Positions 38,395 to 51,868 are shown, numbered from the whole stretch's first letter. The stretch is DNA of 63,573 nt, filler included, from Octopus bimaculoides (GCF_001194135.2; 8 parts of 7 records of this genome joined end to end with filler, not necessarily neighbours in it); one strand, 5' to 3'. Translations and numbers: made by a program. Notes: generated from the letters alone by a model not told the origin.

Positions 38395-38442
38395 GTATAC
38401 ATCTTAGTATACATCTTAGTATACATCTTAGTATACATCTTA
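38395..38442. repeat. 12-bp tandem repeat (GTATACATCTTA)x4
   Basis: Directly visible. Confidence 0.9.
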
Positions 38443-39873
38443 GATCGGAGGCACTGTACTTAATGCAGTGAACTTGGGATCGTTTTTAATCGAATAAAAT
38501 TATAATTTCAATGAGAATAAAATTCATTTACCCAAATGAAAGTTACATGGGAGAGAATTTGCTATCTCTATACTATGAAAACAAATCTGAACATGTTCCA
38601 ATCATATTAGATTTCCTCAGCAGAATATATCATAATCATTGCACATCTTGAGATTAATTTTCATTAACACTCATTAATATTCTTCTAATTATAGTAATAA
38701 TTCCATAGGAATAATAAAAAAAAGTATGTTCGTCTCACCACATAAGTTAGTCTGCTCTTAACTATAGGGTTTTCACGCAGAAGGTGCCATTTGAAAATTT
38801 TCCAAAGTCACTAAATAAAACTAATTATCAACATACATCTGATATTTGTGAAGAAGAGATGTTACACTGAGTACGTGTGTGTAAATATATGTAATTATTT
38901 ACGTTTTTAAGCCCTATGGTCAAAGATATTTAAGCCATGGCTATCTCACCTGTTATATATATGGTATTTAATTGTTTGTTCTGGATTGCACTGTAGGGCT
39001 TCAGTGTTCAAAGTATAAGAGAGACATCACACCTGACAAATGTCTATGTTCCCTTGTGTGTATACGCAGACAAATTAGTGTTCTTTGCTTATATCCATTT
39101 TTTTAAATACAGTTATAAGCCATCTATTAAGGCGAAAGCCGAAAAATTACGCTTTTGCTATCTTATGGAAAAATATCTTAAACTTTTTTTATGCCTAGCC
39201 TCATCTAGATAATATTTTATATATCTTTTTCCGTTTTTTTTTATGGAAAATATATTTGAGAATGAATATTATGGCTTAATAAAATTACATCAAAATTAAA
39301 GAAGACATGGATTTGTGGTTAAGAAGCTCACTTTCCGACCATGTAGCTTCGGGTTCAGTTCCACCGCACGGCAACTTGAGCAAGAGTCTACCATGGCTAC
39401 GGGCCGACTAAGGTCTTGAGAGAGTGCCTGATGTCTTCCAGGTTAACAAGGACAAAAGAAACCTGTCCATATGCTTGTAATTACTAAAAATTTCCGATCT
39501 GAGATGAAACGGTGAAGGGAAAATCATGGAACTAAAAGGAATATGCGATCTTCCAGCTATGCATAAGTTACATTTCTTAAATGCATTAGCATAGGCGTTG
39601 GATTATTTCCCTACCATACTCCACTTGATAGTATGTGGTACTTGATAGTATGTGGTACTCAACGATTCTCCACATTATAGTATCTGGTCTTCACATCACC
39701 AGCAGATCATGGTTACACCAATGTTTCAAATTTTAGAGCTCGCTCTCTTCATCTGCATTGATTTGAGCATATACCAATTGTATTGCATAATGTGTAGCAT
39801 GCATATTAGCGCAAATATGAAACATGTAAGCAATTTGTTATGCAGTTCTATATTTAAGAGATGAGGAATTATG

Positions 39874-42228
39874 TACATTATTTACCTTATTTACATTCGA
39901 CAGATATTTGTCCGCATCTTGTTTGTTGTACATCAGCTAAATAACGAAATCAAAGAGAGGTTATCTTCATTACTTAGAAAAATAACCAGAGATGATGATA
40001 GAAAGAGAATCCATCAAGATCTGGAGAAGTCGTACATGAAAGAATTTGAAACGGTGAAGTCACGCAGATTAAGAAGATTATGAAACTCAAAGGTCAGAGA
40101 ATGAAGACTGAAATCCGTCACCCACCTGTGAAAGCAGTAATTAATGTAAGTAGCCGACACCTAGAAAGCTCTGAAGAAGCAGTACTGAACAAAGGTCTCA
40201 ACTTTGCGACAACCATCAAGCGTATTCCATAATAGCCCCTATTGAAGAGGTAGCCGTAAAGATACCAAAAGCTCAGAGAGATAAACTAAGGTGGAAAATG
40301 AGACGGATACTAGAAAAAGCAAAACCTCCTAAACCAAACATCACTAAGGAAGAAATGTTCGCTATCAAAAGACTACAGAGTGACAATTCCATCATAATAC
40401 TTCCAGCGAACAAGGGAAATGCTACAGTGGTGATGAACAAGTCTGACTACTCTGAAAAGTTGACAAGTCTTATAAGTGATGGTAGTTAGAGCAAAGTAAA
40501 GAAAGACTCTACTTTGAAAACAGAGGAAGTTGTTACAAATCTTTGCCAAGAACAAGGATCACTTTACACCAATGAAGTACAGACAACTGACTCAACACTA
40601 CAGCAAACTACCACACATGTACGGTCTTCCTAAGATTCACAAAGATGGTATTCCATTAAGACCTATAGTAAGCTATAGAGGTTCAGCTTGTCATCCACTG
40701 AGCCGCTTCCTTGTGGATATAATCAGTCCATTAGCAGGAAAGTCAACATCGTACGTGAAGAATTCCACCCACTTCACAGAACTGATCAAGGATAACTCCA
40801 TTGAATCCATCCAGATGGTGAGTCTAGATCTGATAAGTCTGTTCACCAAAGTCCCAACTGGTGAAGCACTCTCGGTGATTCAAGAAAAACTAGTGACAGA
40901 CACCCATCTAAAAGAACGCACTAGTATACCAATAAGAAACTTGATGGAAATGTTGACCTTCTGTGTAGAAACTACCTACTTCTGTATGGACACTGATATA
41001 TATATCGACAAGAGGAAGTTTTAGCTATGGGTTCGCCATTATCACCGGTAATACATAGAATACTTTGAGAATTTGGCTTTAGAATCAACACCACTAAAAC
41101 CAGCACCATGATACCTTTGTACTCTGACCCCACCAAGAAGATGTCCAAGTGCTGTTAGATCATGTGAACTCAACAAAGCCATCCATACAGTTCACAATGG
41201 AAAAGGAAAAAGACAATCAGCTGGCATTCTTGGACGTATTAATAACACGCACCAAGTATGGATTCAGGACATCCGTATACCGCAAGCTGACCTTTACAGG
41301 ACGATACCTCAAGTTCAATTCAAACCATCCATACAATGTAAAAGGGGGATTGCTCAGTGCCTAAAACATCGCGCAAAGAATATAAGTAACGATCGTGATA
41401 CACACCACGAAGAAATGATCAAGCGCAATAACGATCTGTTAAGCAACAACTACCTCCAAAGTATACTATCCACTCCAATCATGAAGAAGAGAGAGGATGA
41501 GGCCAATAAACTGTCCACAGTCTGTCTACCCTATGAGAACAGAGGGGACCACTGGAAAATATGAAAACTAAAAGAAGCAGCACATTAGCTAGGACACAAC
41601 AACCTCCTAAGCAGACCGAGTGCAGATATGAATAGCATATGGGAACCGGTATTAAGGAAGGATAGGAAAATATAAAATTTATAAGCCCTAAAATTCACTC
41701 CATAATTTCCCACGGGCATATGGCGTAGTGGTTAAGAGCGCGGGCTACTAACCCCAAGATTCCGAGTGACCTGAACACTAACAACAATAATAACAATAAT
41801 AACATCGAAAAATACCTTCGGAATGAGAACCCAGGTTCGAAATTTCCCCAAGGCACCTGAAGAAGGCTGGAGGGCNNNNNNNNNNNNNNNNNNNNNNNNN
41901 NAGCTAGGACACAACAACCTCCTAAGCAGACCGAGTGCAGATATGAATAGCATATGGGAACCGGTATTAAGGAAGGATAGGAAAATATAAAATTTATAAG
42001 CCCTAAAATTCACTCCATAATTTCCCACGGGCATATGGCGTAGTGGTTAAGAGCGCGGGCTACTAACCCCAAGATTCCGAGTGACCTGAACACTAACAAC
42101 AATAATAACAATAATAACATCGAAAAATACCTTCGGAATGAGAACCCAGGTTCGAAATTTCCCCAAGGCACCTGAAGAAGGCTGGAGGGCAAGGTGAGGA
42201 CAAATGTCTGTCGAATGTAAATAATGTA
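39874..42228 (+). mobile_element. Penelope-like retroelement, RT pseudogene with most of the GIY-YIG deleted and inverted terminal segments
   Basis: PPKPNITKEE..IIILPANKGNATVVM, MYGLPKIHKDGIPLRPIVS, SLDLISLFTKVP, IQFTMEKEKDNQLAFLDVLI, RKLTFTGRYLKFNSNHP; stops and frameshifts throughout. The left end TACATTATTTA..CATTCGACAGATATTTGTCC is the reverse complement of the right end GGACAAATGTCTGTCGAATGTAAATAATGTA. Confidence 0.95.
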
Positions 42229-42345
42229 TAATTTGTTATGCACTGAAAATATTTATTAAATGAAGAAAGTTGCGAAACAACTAAAATCCTAAGGATGATA
42301 AATGGTTTCTATGAACCTATAAATTACACTATTTCTCTCTCTCTT

Positions 42346-42384
<39 letters not shown>

Positions 42385-43028
42385 ATACACACACATGTAT
42401 GTATGTATGTATGTATATAACGGATTCTCGCACAGTTTCCGCATAGCAAATTCAATCACAAGGCAACGGCTGGCCCGGGGTTATAGTAGAAGTCACTTAC
42501 CCAAGACGCCGCGCAGTGGGAGTGGACAGGTAACCATGTGACAACAAAGCGAGTCCCTTCAACACACACACACACACACATACACACACACACACGTGCG
42601 TGTGTGCGTGTGACGAGCTTTATTAAGACATCACCTACTTATTTGTTTTATAATATGAATAAACAAGACCTTAAATGCATAAATAAACTTTACTGCATAT
42701 CTTATAATAATGCACAATCAAACAATAACATAAGCTCGTTCTACTTCTTCAACCACACCTTTATCGACGTTACCTTCTCCTCCTCCAACACTCTCACTTT
42801 ATACGTATATAAATACAACGATTAATAGAAAAGCCTTTCACCAAATAACCAATGCAATGCATTTATTTACTTAAATTGCATATGTTACTCTCTGTCATTC
42901 CTCCTACTACACCTCTATCAATGCTTCCTCTTTTCCCAAATATACTTATCTCAGCACAATTTCTAATCCTCCTTTATTACTGTGATAAATCTTGTTAAGA
43001 GGAAAACAAATTACATTTATAGCATTCG

Positions 43029-43064
<36 letters not shown>

Positions 43065-44232
43065 GAAAGCTTCTCAAACCCGGGTATGGCTGTGTTTTTA
43101 AGAAGTTTGCTTCGCAGGTATATGGTTTCGGTTTCGTTTTACTTCGCGGTTCTTTGGGCAAGCGTCTTCTAATATAGACCCTGGCCGACCAGTGATTTGA
43201 AAGCCGATGTGATGGGAAGAATTTATATAGATGCTCTTGATTTCACACACACACACNNNNNNNNNNNNNNNNNNNNNNNNNNNNNNNNNNNNNNNNNNNN
43301 TTAATTAATTAANNNNNNNNNNNNNNNNNNNNNNNNNNNNNNNNNNNNNNNNNNNNATATATATATATATATATATATACATACTATATATATATTCTTT
43401 TATTCTTTTGCTAGTTGAACGAATTGATCCCAGTACTTATTCTTTGTAAGCCTAGTACTTATTCTATCGGTCTCTTTTGCCGAAACGCTAGATTACGAGG
43501 ACGTAAACACTCCAACATCGGTTATCAAGAGATGATGTGGGTGACAATAAAAAACGAAAACGAAAGACGGGAAAAAAAGAAAAACAAAAGGTTTTTGACG
43601 CTTGGTGAAAGGAGAGCGTTTAACATTTCGAGCATTGCTCTTCGTCGGAAAGGAGAAAGGGAAAGTCCAAAGAAAGAGAAGAAGAAATCGCCTGCGGCAT
43701 ACGTGTAGTTACGTTATATATGTACGACAGGTTTTTTCAGTTTCCGTCTACCAGATCTACTCACAATGCTTCAATCAGCCCAAGACTACAGTAGAAAACA
43801 CTTGCCAAAGGTGCCACGCAGTGGGACTGAACCCGGGACCGTATTGTTGAGTAACACACTTCTTACCACACAGCCACACCTGCACCTGTATCCAGTTTAT
43901 CTAAATTTTGTCTTAATGTTTCATTAGAGGTCCCTTTTATATTTCTCCTTTGTTTAGATAGGCAGTTAAACAGTAGAGAACCTAATAATATCAGACTGGT
44001 ATAATAGTGTGTTTTTGCTTGTGATTGCGAAGGTGATACAGTGAGTCGGGGTTCACTAATTAATGAAGTGGAATATATAGTCACTACAAAGTGTTGATGT
44101 GGCTGCGTGTATGTTATTACAAGAGGGCATAGAAAGATGAAAGAATAAATTCAAGGTCTATATATTTACTGCATAAAAATATATTTTATTCTTCTTTCGA
44201 TGTTGATACTTGGAATCAAATTGTAGAAGCTA

Positions 44233-44718
<486 letters not shown>

Positions 44719-44789
44719 AGAGAGATAGAAAATGCAGAATAACAGCTTAGTGATGGCTTTCAGTCATGTGACATACAGAAATAGACCTA

Positions 44790-45330
44790 CATAGCAAAGA
44801 CGTGAATGGCTCTAAGTCTAATGGACTAATGAGCTAAAAAAAACTAGGTTAGCAAGCTGTTTTTATTAATGGAACGCAAGACATTCTAGAAACTTCCAAG
44901 AGAAACGCCAAGCTTCTTGAATAATTAAGAATTACATCTCGTGATATTGATGCCTCGAGAAACTTAGAAAAGGGAGGTTACTCTATGATCTTTCTTGCAG
45001 GGGAGATCATTCAACTATTTATCTACCTACACCACTACAGTGGTATATTTGGAAGCTGACAATATCTACCAGTTCGTGCATTAAAAATCTCTCTAATGCC
45101 GAAATTTGGAACGTGCTACTCCAGGATTTCCTGTACGTATATATTAATATATCTCTATTTCCTGCGTTCAAGAGAATAGAGACGAACAACTTTCAGGTAT
45201 GCCCAGTAATTAAGGCTTTTAACCGAAGTTATTTTACAAGTGAACGGTCTTTGCACTTCTTCAGTTTCTTCTATGACGCCAGATGAGTTGGGAAACCAAA
45301 GTTGCGTTCTTTTTATTGTTAACTTTCGTG
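44790..45330 (-). mobile_element. Heavily decayed Tc1-like transposase remnant
   Basis: Minus strand gives fragments such as IYVQEILE*HV and MISPAR resembling Tc1 DDE-region motifs; many disruptions. Confidence 0.35.
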
Positions 45331-45550
45331 TTTGTTGTCAATAGAACGTTGTAAAGCCGAAAATACCCTCTACTAATTTCATTTTTTTCCTCTATGTGTG
45401 TGGTACTTTTATGCTATTTTATGTATGTGTACATGTAGTATATTTATGTTGTTGTGTATAATAGTTGGCTGTACGCAGTGCTGGCTTTGCTGGTAAGAAT
45501 GTAAACAGTGTTGTTGGTAGGTGGTCCTTTACATTTCGTTATATATTCAC

Positions 45551-45632
45551 CAGCGGTAGCCTGGGTCACAGTTCCAATCAAACCGAGTTAAATTACGAAC
45601 AATGTCCGGAGAGCAGAGCAGGTACATATATT
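45551..45632 (-). CDS. Candidate internal exon (YMYLLCSPDIVRNLTRFDWNCDPGYR)
   Basis: Strong acceptor ccattgtgcttgctcttatttacag| and donor CGCTG|gtgaat; 82 nt, open, phase 1 to 2. No family recognised. Confidence 0.55.
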
Positions 45633-46896
45633 CTGTAAATAAGAGCAAGCACAATGGAGAGACAGAGAGGGAGTGAGGGGGAGAGGGAAAGAGAGAGAGG
45701 GGGGAGAGGNNNNNNNNNNNNNNNNNNNNNNNNNNNNNNNNNNNNNNNNNNNNNNNNNNNNNNNNNNNNNNNNNNNNNNNNNNNNNNNNNNNNNNNNNNN
45801 NNNNNNNNNNNNNNNNNNNNNNNNNNNNNNNNNNNNNNNNNNNNNNNNNNNNNNNNNNNNNNNNNNNNNNNNNNNNNNNNNNNNNNNNNNNNNNNNNNNN
45901 NNNNNNNNNNNNNNNNNNNNNNNNNNNNNNNNNNNNNNNNNNNNNNNNNNNNNNNNNNNNNNNNNNNNNNNNNNNNNNNNNNNNNNNNNNNNNNNNNNNN
46001 NNNNNNNNNNNNNNNNNNNNNNNNNNNNNNNNNNNNNNNNNNNNNNNNNNNNNNNNNNNNNNNNNNNNNNNNNNNNNNNNNNNNNNNNNNNNNNNNNNNN
46101 NNNNNNNNNNNNNNNNNNNNNNNNNNNNNNNNNNNNNNNNNNNNNNNNNNNNNNNNNNNNNNNNNNNNNNACGGTGACGATAATGGAGGGGGAAATTGCT
46201 GATGGTGGTGGTGGGGGGGGTGATGGTGATAATGACGATGAGGAGAAGGCAGATGACGAGGAGAAAGAGGACATCGACGTCGTTGATCACCATGATGATG
46301 GTAACGATGATGATGATGATAAGACATAATGACGGAGAAGGGAAAGAAATGGAAGTCATTGAGTTAATATTGTTGTCTTAAACTAATCTTATAATTATTA
46401 TTTCTAATTAGTTTTCTTCCTTTTCTTTTTTGATAATCACAACATTAAATAAATTAACACTTTCTTTGAAAGAAGATATTGATATGAATTTTTCTTCTTT
46501 TTTTTTTTGTAACATAAGAATAATATCTCTAATTATTCGCTGACGGCTATAATCGATTAGATCGAACGCCAGAGCTTAAGTAGTACTGCCTAAGCTTATC
46601 GATAAACCGGAAGCATGGATGAAAGGGGGAAAAAAATGATCTCGATGGAAGGATTTGAACTCAGAACGTTGTGTGTGTGTCTGTGTGTGTGTGTGCGCGC
46701 GCGTGCGCGCGCGCGTGTGTAAATTTCTGGTTTTAAGGGTATCGTGAAGGGCTGGTTGGAGACCTAACCTTCCCAGTTATTTTACAGAGCTTAGAAAAAC
46801 TGAAGGGTCGCTGTAATAAGTGCGTGAATCTGAGAGGGGAATATGTTGAATAAAATCATAATTAACTAATCTTCTTGTATTTTCTTTTTACCCAAA

Positions 46897-47742
46897 GCCA
46901 TAGTAACGAAGCTAAAGCACGCAAAATGAAGCCGTTCGACACAAAGTGATCTTGAACTCTGCTTTTAACGTTCCAGCTTACTTCCCCTATTTACAGCAGT
47001 GCTTGGAAGATAGGTATGTAGCGTGTGATCGTCGCACTGACCACGACAGAGAAAGTTGTCATGGTGACACCTGCTCAGAGGCCTACGCAAAGTTGCAGAA
47101 AGTGTACAGAGTGGGGTGTATGAGCTGCACACAAGTGTACGAGTGGTTCAGGCGTTTCTAAGATGGCCGAAAAATGTCATTAGTGACGAACGTTCTGGGA
47201 GACCTGCAACCAGCAGAACTGACAAACACATCGCAGATGTGCGTGCAGATGTGAGGGGAAATCATCGTATCACCATCCGTGAGTTATCAGAGGATGTGCA
47301 GATTAGTTAAGGTTCAGTTCAGTCCATTATCACTGAAGATTTGGGTATAAGACGCGTGTCTGCCGAGTTTGTGCCAAAACTGTTTTCAGCTGACCAAAAT
47401 GACACTCGGGTTTCAGTTGTACAAGATCTCCTTGAGTGTATCGAGAACGATGAAGACTTTTTGAAAACTCTGGATAGGCCTCTGAGCAGGTATCTCCAAG
47501 CTTTTGGCAAAATTTGATGCAGATTCTCTGTTCAACATTCTCTGCCATGATCAATGCTACGATCACACGCTACACACCTTCCTTCCAAGACCTGCAGTAA
47601 ACAGCAGAAGTGAGCTAGAACGCTAAATCTTAGTGTTTCTGCACATCAGGGTTTAAGGTCAATCTGTGCCAAGCGGCGTCACTCTGTATGCTTTAGCTTC
47701 GTTACTACGGCAATAGTTCAGATACTTATTGAACAGACCACA
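46897..47742. mobile_element. Rearranged mariner element made of two convergent 5' halves
   Basis: Plus strand: upstream region then GDTCSEAYAKLQKVY..VYEWFRRF..DERSGRPATSRT..RITIREL..FVPKL. Minus strand from 47742: TIR (TGTGGTCTGTTCAATAAGTATC, TA-flanked), the same upstream region and MAENVEQRICIKFCQKLGDTCSEAY. Confidence 0.85.
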
Positions 47743-47765
47743 TATATATCTGTGTGTGTATGGGG

Positions 47766-47797
<32 letters not shown>

Positions 47798-47942
47798 NNN
47801 NNNNNNNNNNNNNNNNNNNNNNNNNNNNNNNNNNNNNNNNNNNNNNNNNNNNNNNNNNNNNNNNNNNNNNNNNNNNNNNNNNNNNNNNNNNNNNNNNNNN
47901 NNNNNNNNNNNNNNNNNNNNNNNTATACATACATATATATAT

Positions 47943-47996
<54 letters not shown>

Positions 47997-48293
47997 CTTT
48001 GTAAAGGCAAACTTCTTGGCGAAGGCTAATTCGTATATAAAACACACTGCTATACTGAGCCGGATATCTTGTACTTTGCTTCTCTCTGGGCTTCTTGGTG
48101 GTTCTAATGAAAGTCATTGTGGTATTGTGCAAGCTGCACTGAACTTAAAACACTTGAATAAGCATAGATGGATGGCACATGTCAGTAATGGTCGTGCTCA
48201 TCTAATGAGTAAACCGCCAACATGTATATATATATACGTAAATATCGAACAATGAAAATGGGTGCTCAGCCACGCGTTATGTAAATAAAGGTT

Positions 48294-48506
48294 CTTTATT
48301 TGTGTATTAAAGCTACCATTGGTTTTATGTTAAAGAATACATCGACAATTATTCAAGCCTGTCACATAGAAACATCGGTGTTCGTCTCCATTTTGGATTA
48401 AATTCCAAAATAGTGACAAACACCTATGTTTCTATGTGACAGGCTAGAATAATTGTCTATGTATTCTTTAACATGAAACCAATGGAAACTTAATATACAT
48501 ATAAAG
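48294..48506. repeat. ~210-bp foldback (arms ~48294-48382 and ~48419-48506), MITE-like
   Basis: CCATTGGTTTTATGTTAAAGAATACATCGACAATTATTCAAGCCTGTCACATAGAAACATCGGTGTT pairs with AACACCTATGTTTCTATGTGACAGGCTAGAATAATTGTCTATGTATTCTTTAACATGAAACCAATGG. Confidence 0.9.
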
Positions 48507-48579
48507 TACACACACACACATACACACACACACACATGCACACACATACACATACACACACACACACACAGGAGCTGGC

Positions 48580-48950
48580 ACGGGCGTAGCTATGCGGCAA
48601 AAAGCTTGCTTCTCAACCACATGGTTACGAGTTCAGTACCACTGCATGACACCTAGGGTATGTCTGCTTTTCTGCTATAGCCCCGGCGCCAATTAAAATC
48701 TTGTGAGTCAATTTGGTAGATGGGAACTGGAAGAAGATGAATATGTATGTATCCATATGTGTGTGATTGTGTTTGCATTTGTCCACCACCACCACCATCA
48801 CGACTGCGTGTCAACCGGTGCTGGTTTGTTTACGTCTCCTTAAACTATCGTTTCGAAAAAAGTACCAATATAATAAGTATCAGGCGTAAAATATAATACT
48901 GGGGTCGATTTGACTAAACCTTTCAAGGCGGTGCCCCAGCATGGCCATAT
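48580..48950 (+). mobile_element. tRNA-derived SINE (main family), diverged, near full length
   Basis: Head GGGCGTAGCTATGCGG...CCACATGG and tail GGGGTCGATTTGACTAAACC..GGTGCCCCAGCATGGCC. Confidence 0.8.
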
Positions 48951-49061
48951 ATACATATAGTNNNNNNNNNNNNNNNNNNNNNNNNNNNNNNNNNNNNNNN
49001 NNNNNTTAATTAATTAANNNNNNNNNNNNNNNNNNNNNNNNNNNNNNNNNNNNNNNNNNNN

Positions 49062-49107
<46 letters not shown>

Positions 49108-49396
49108 TACACACATATATGTGTATGTGCCTTTATGTCTGTGTCTGTCACCCTTCCACTGTTTGACGATCGATGTTAATTCGTTTACGTTCCTTTAACG
49201 TAGCGGTACGGCGAAAGAGATCGCTAGAATATAAACCAGACTTTAAAAAAAAAAATAAAGTACAGGGTTAATTTCTTCGGCCAATTTCCTGAAGGCGGTG
49301 CCCAAGCATGGCCGCAGTTCAATGACTAAAAGAAGTTACGTATATACATATATGTATATATTATATTATATATACATATATATATATATGCATAAG

Positions 49397-49451
<55 letters not shown>

Positions 49452-50138
49452 NNNNNNNNNNNNNNNNNNNNNNNNNNNNNNNNNNNNNNNNNNNNNNNNN
49501 NNNNNNNNNNNNNNNNNNNNNNNNNNNNNNNNNNNNNNNNNNNNNNNNNNNNNNNNNNNNNNNNNNNNNNNNNNNNNNNNNNNNNNNNNNNNNNNNNNNN
49601 NNNNNNNNNNNNNNNNNNNNNNNNNNNNNNNNNNNNNNNNNNNNNNNNNNNNNNNNNNNNNNNNNNNNNNNNNNNNNNNNNNNNNNNNNNNNNNNNNNNN
49701 NNNNNNNNNNNNNNNNNNNNNNNNNNNNNNNNNNNNNNNNNNNNNNNNNNNNNNNNNNNNNNNNNNNNNNNNNNNNNNNNNNNNNNNNNNNNNNNNNNNN
49801 NNNNNNNNNNNNNNNNNNNNNNNNNNNNNNNNNNNNNNNNNNNNNNNNNNNNNNNNNNNNNNNNNNNNNNNNNNNNNNNNNNNNNNNNNNNNNNNNNNNN
49901 NNNNNNNNNNNNNNNNNNNNNNNNNNNNNNNNNNNNNNNNNNNNNNNNNNNNNNNNNNNNNNNNNNNNNNNNNNNNNNNNNNNNNNNNNNNNNNNNNNNN
50001 NNNNNNNNNNNNNNNNNNNNNNNNNNNNNNNNNNNNNNNNNNNNNNNNNNNNNNNNNNNNNNNNNNNNNNNNNNNNNNNNNNNNNNNNNNNNNNNNNNNG
50101 ATAAATATGATTAATATATAGTTATATTAATATGATCG

Positions 50139-50203
<65 letters not shown>

Positions 50204-50204
<1 letters not shown>

Positions 50205-51760
50205 TTAACTGGATAAACGCAGTGTGTAGATGTTGATCGGAGAAATAAAGTATATATAGTAGCTGGGTAGATACATTGCGTAGGTGTTAACTGGAGAGAC
50301 AGAGAGAGTGTGTGTATATATTAACTAGGTCATGTGAATGTGTTGAGTGGAGAAATAATTTTTAGTGCGTACACGGTAACTGGGCAGACATATTGTGTCG
50401 ATGTGGACTGGAGAAGCATACAATGTGTGGCTGTTAACTGGACAGATATAAGGGGATGTTGAATATGGAGACACAGTGTATACATGCTATGTGAATACAT
50501 TCAGTGTGTGTAAATGTTGACTGAATAAACATACCGTGTTGTGGACTGGATTGATGCGGGTTGTATGGATAGACACATTGAGTATGCAGACTCGGCATAT
50601 CAACCGGTGTGTAGATGTTGAGTGTATAGAAACAAAGCTGTCTTAATAGCAATAGAACCACCACCACCCATCAGGAAGAATAACACTCTGGGGCCTCCTA
50701 CATACACAACCAGAACAAGAATGGATTAGCATTGCCCTCTCACTACATCCGCAGGGAATCGGGTTATTGCTCCGTGTGGCCATGTGTTAACGCACTTACT
50801 GGACTGATGCAGTGTCTAGATGTTAATGGATCGACATAGTGTATTAAATGTTAACAGTCACTGTGTAGAGGTTGGCCTAGGAAACGCTGGGTAGATACAG
50901 TGTATAGATGCTGACCTGGTAGACAATATGTACAAACGATGTTTAATCTTAACTGGGTATATATTGACTATTTATATATATACACTGCACAGATGTTAAC
51001 GGATAGATGCAGTGTATGGATGCTGACCTGGTAGACACAGAATAAAATATTAACTGTATACACACTGTGTATAGATTTTTAACAGACAAATAGTGTGTCG
51101 ATGGAAACCTTGTAGACAGAGTAATCTTAACAGTGCACAGATGTCCACGAATTGACCCTGTGTGTAGATGCTGACCTGATATACACAGCGTGTAATCTGA
51201 ACTAGATATATACAATGTATAGGTTTTAATAAATAGATAGTGAATAGATATTAACAGGTAGGTAGTGTGTAACCATAACTGGATTTATTCAGTGTATACA
51301 TGTTAACCTTGCAGAAGCAGTGTATAATTTTGACCGGATACGTGCCGTGTACAGACGTAAACGGATGGGGAGTGTGTAGATCGTACCCTGTTAGATACAG
51401 TATGGATAATCTTAATTAGATATATCCTGAGTATAGCTGTGAATATAGATTTTAATAGATAGACAGTGTGTATATGCTAATCTGGTAGTTATATTGTGTG
51501 GAATCTTTACTAGATAGACTGTATAGATGCGAACAGGTACACATAGTGTGAAGATGTGAACTTTGTAGATACAGCGTGCAATCTTAACTGTATATATATA
51601 TATATATATATATATATNNNNNNNNNNNNNNNNNNNNNNNNNNNNNNNNNNNNNNNNNNNNNNNNNNNTATATATATGTATATATATGTACTGTGTGTTG
51701 ATGCTGACCAAACAGAAACATTTGGTGGATGCTGACAAGGTAGGTACAATTGAGAGATGT
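50204..51760. repeat. Degenerate ~28-30-bp minisatellite array, interrupted at ~50640-50790
   Basis: Recurrent units resembling GTTAACTGGATAGACACAGTGTGTAGAT. Confidence 0.75.
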
Positions 51761-51805
51761 ACACGAAATACATAAAAATCTTTAGATGTCACGTAAAGAG
51801 GGAGG

Positions 51806-51868
<63 letters not shown>

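Noticed and set aside
41588-42190. ~290-bp direct duplication (41588-41875 and 41902-42190) resembling tandem Penelope LTRs
   Set aside because: Copies look identical and are separated by a short N gap, typical of unmerged contig overlap. Real tandem pLTRs cannot be excluded without reads.
43885-44060. Minus-strand LLFNCLSKQRRNIK...LDKL peptide
   Set aside because: Resembles a CR1/L2-type ORF2 C-terminus remnant, not a host exon; too short to classify confidently.
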